Below are positions 1 through 32,000 of a DNA stretch of 32,000 nucleotides, one piece after another (within the stretch, counting starts at the first letter, position 1; the number at the start of each line of letters is the position of its first letter). The stretch is from Candidatus Velamenicoccus archaeovorus (lineage in GTDB: Bacteria > Omnitrophota > Gorgyraeia > Velamenicoccales > Velamenicoccaceae). Below the pieces are notes generated by a model. It saw nothing but the letters and a program-made list of their open reading frames with translations, ran no database searches and was not told where the DNA came from. The stretch spans positions 90,001 through 122,000 of the forward strand of contig NZ_CP019384.1 of assembly GCF_004102945.1 (NCBI RefSeq), read 5' to 3'. A program made the position numbers and the translations under genes.

Positions 1-2
1 TA

Positions 3-32000
<31,998 letters not shown>

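Overview
The whole 32,000-nt window is one continuous plus-strand reading frame. Codons start at coordinates divisible by 3, so 3..32000 gives 10,666 sense codons. I found no in-frame TAA/TAG/TGA and no identifiable start, so this is an internal slice of a giant (>32 kb) gene. The supplied ORF track does not show it because it is open at both window edges. None of the 31 plus-strand track ORFs lies in this frame, and the long minus-strand ORFs are antisense shadows of GC3-rich coding sequence.

Translating the frame by eye gives a chain of more than 20 modules that normally occur as separate proteins:
- Membrane and chaperone parts: duplicated transmembrane hairpins flanking a J domain.
- Ligases: a GCS2-like carboxylate-amine ligase followed by an ATP-grasp.
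- Alpha-glucan metabolism: two near-identical UDP-glucose pyrophosphorylase (UDPGP) cassettes, a phosphorylase/synthase-like GT-B module, a TreT-like GT4, a GlgA-type glycogen synthase, and an amylo-1,6-glucosidase (GDE_C) fused to a GH13 domain.
- Signalling and nucleotide enzymes: a RelA/SpoT-like module, guanylate-kinase-like and cytidylate-kinase-like P-loops, a histidine-kinase core, an RsbW-like HATPase, and the start of a GGDEF domain.
- Others: a SAM methyltransferase, an RNHCP zinc ribbon, a clan-CD (C80/CPD-like) Cys protease candidate and an NlpC/P60-like papain-fold module.

Modules are separated by a recurrent peptide 'punctuation' motif, [DE]-[VIFL]-S-S-P-[AVS], with at least 27 copies. 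Three of these are followed immediately by strong RNA hairpins that share a TAATGAGAC core. One linker (26181-26606) looks like a fossil intergenic region, with a hairpin, an AT-rich spacer, a strong SD and an 85-codon ORF in another frame.

I saw no rRNA, tRNA, CRISPR array or bona fide mobile element. All domain calls rest on by-eye motif recognition, not HMM searches. Several stretches remain unassigned: about 2350-3290, 6320-7337, 8130-8790, 11535-13530, 20370-20880 and 24200-26160.
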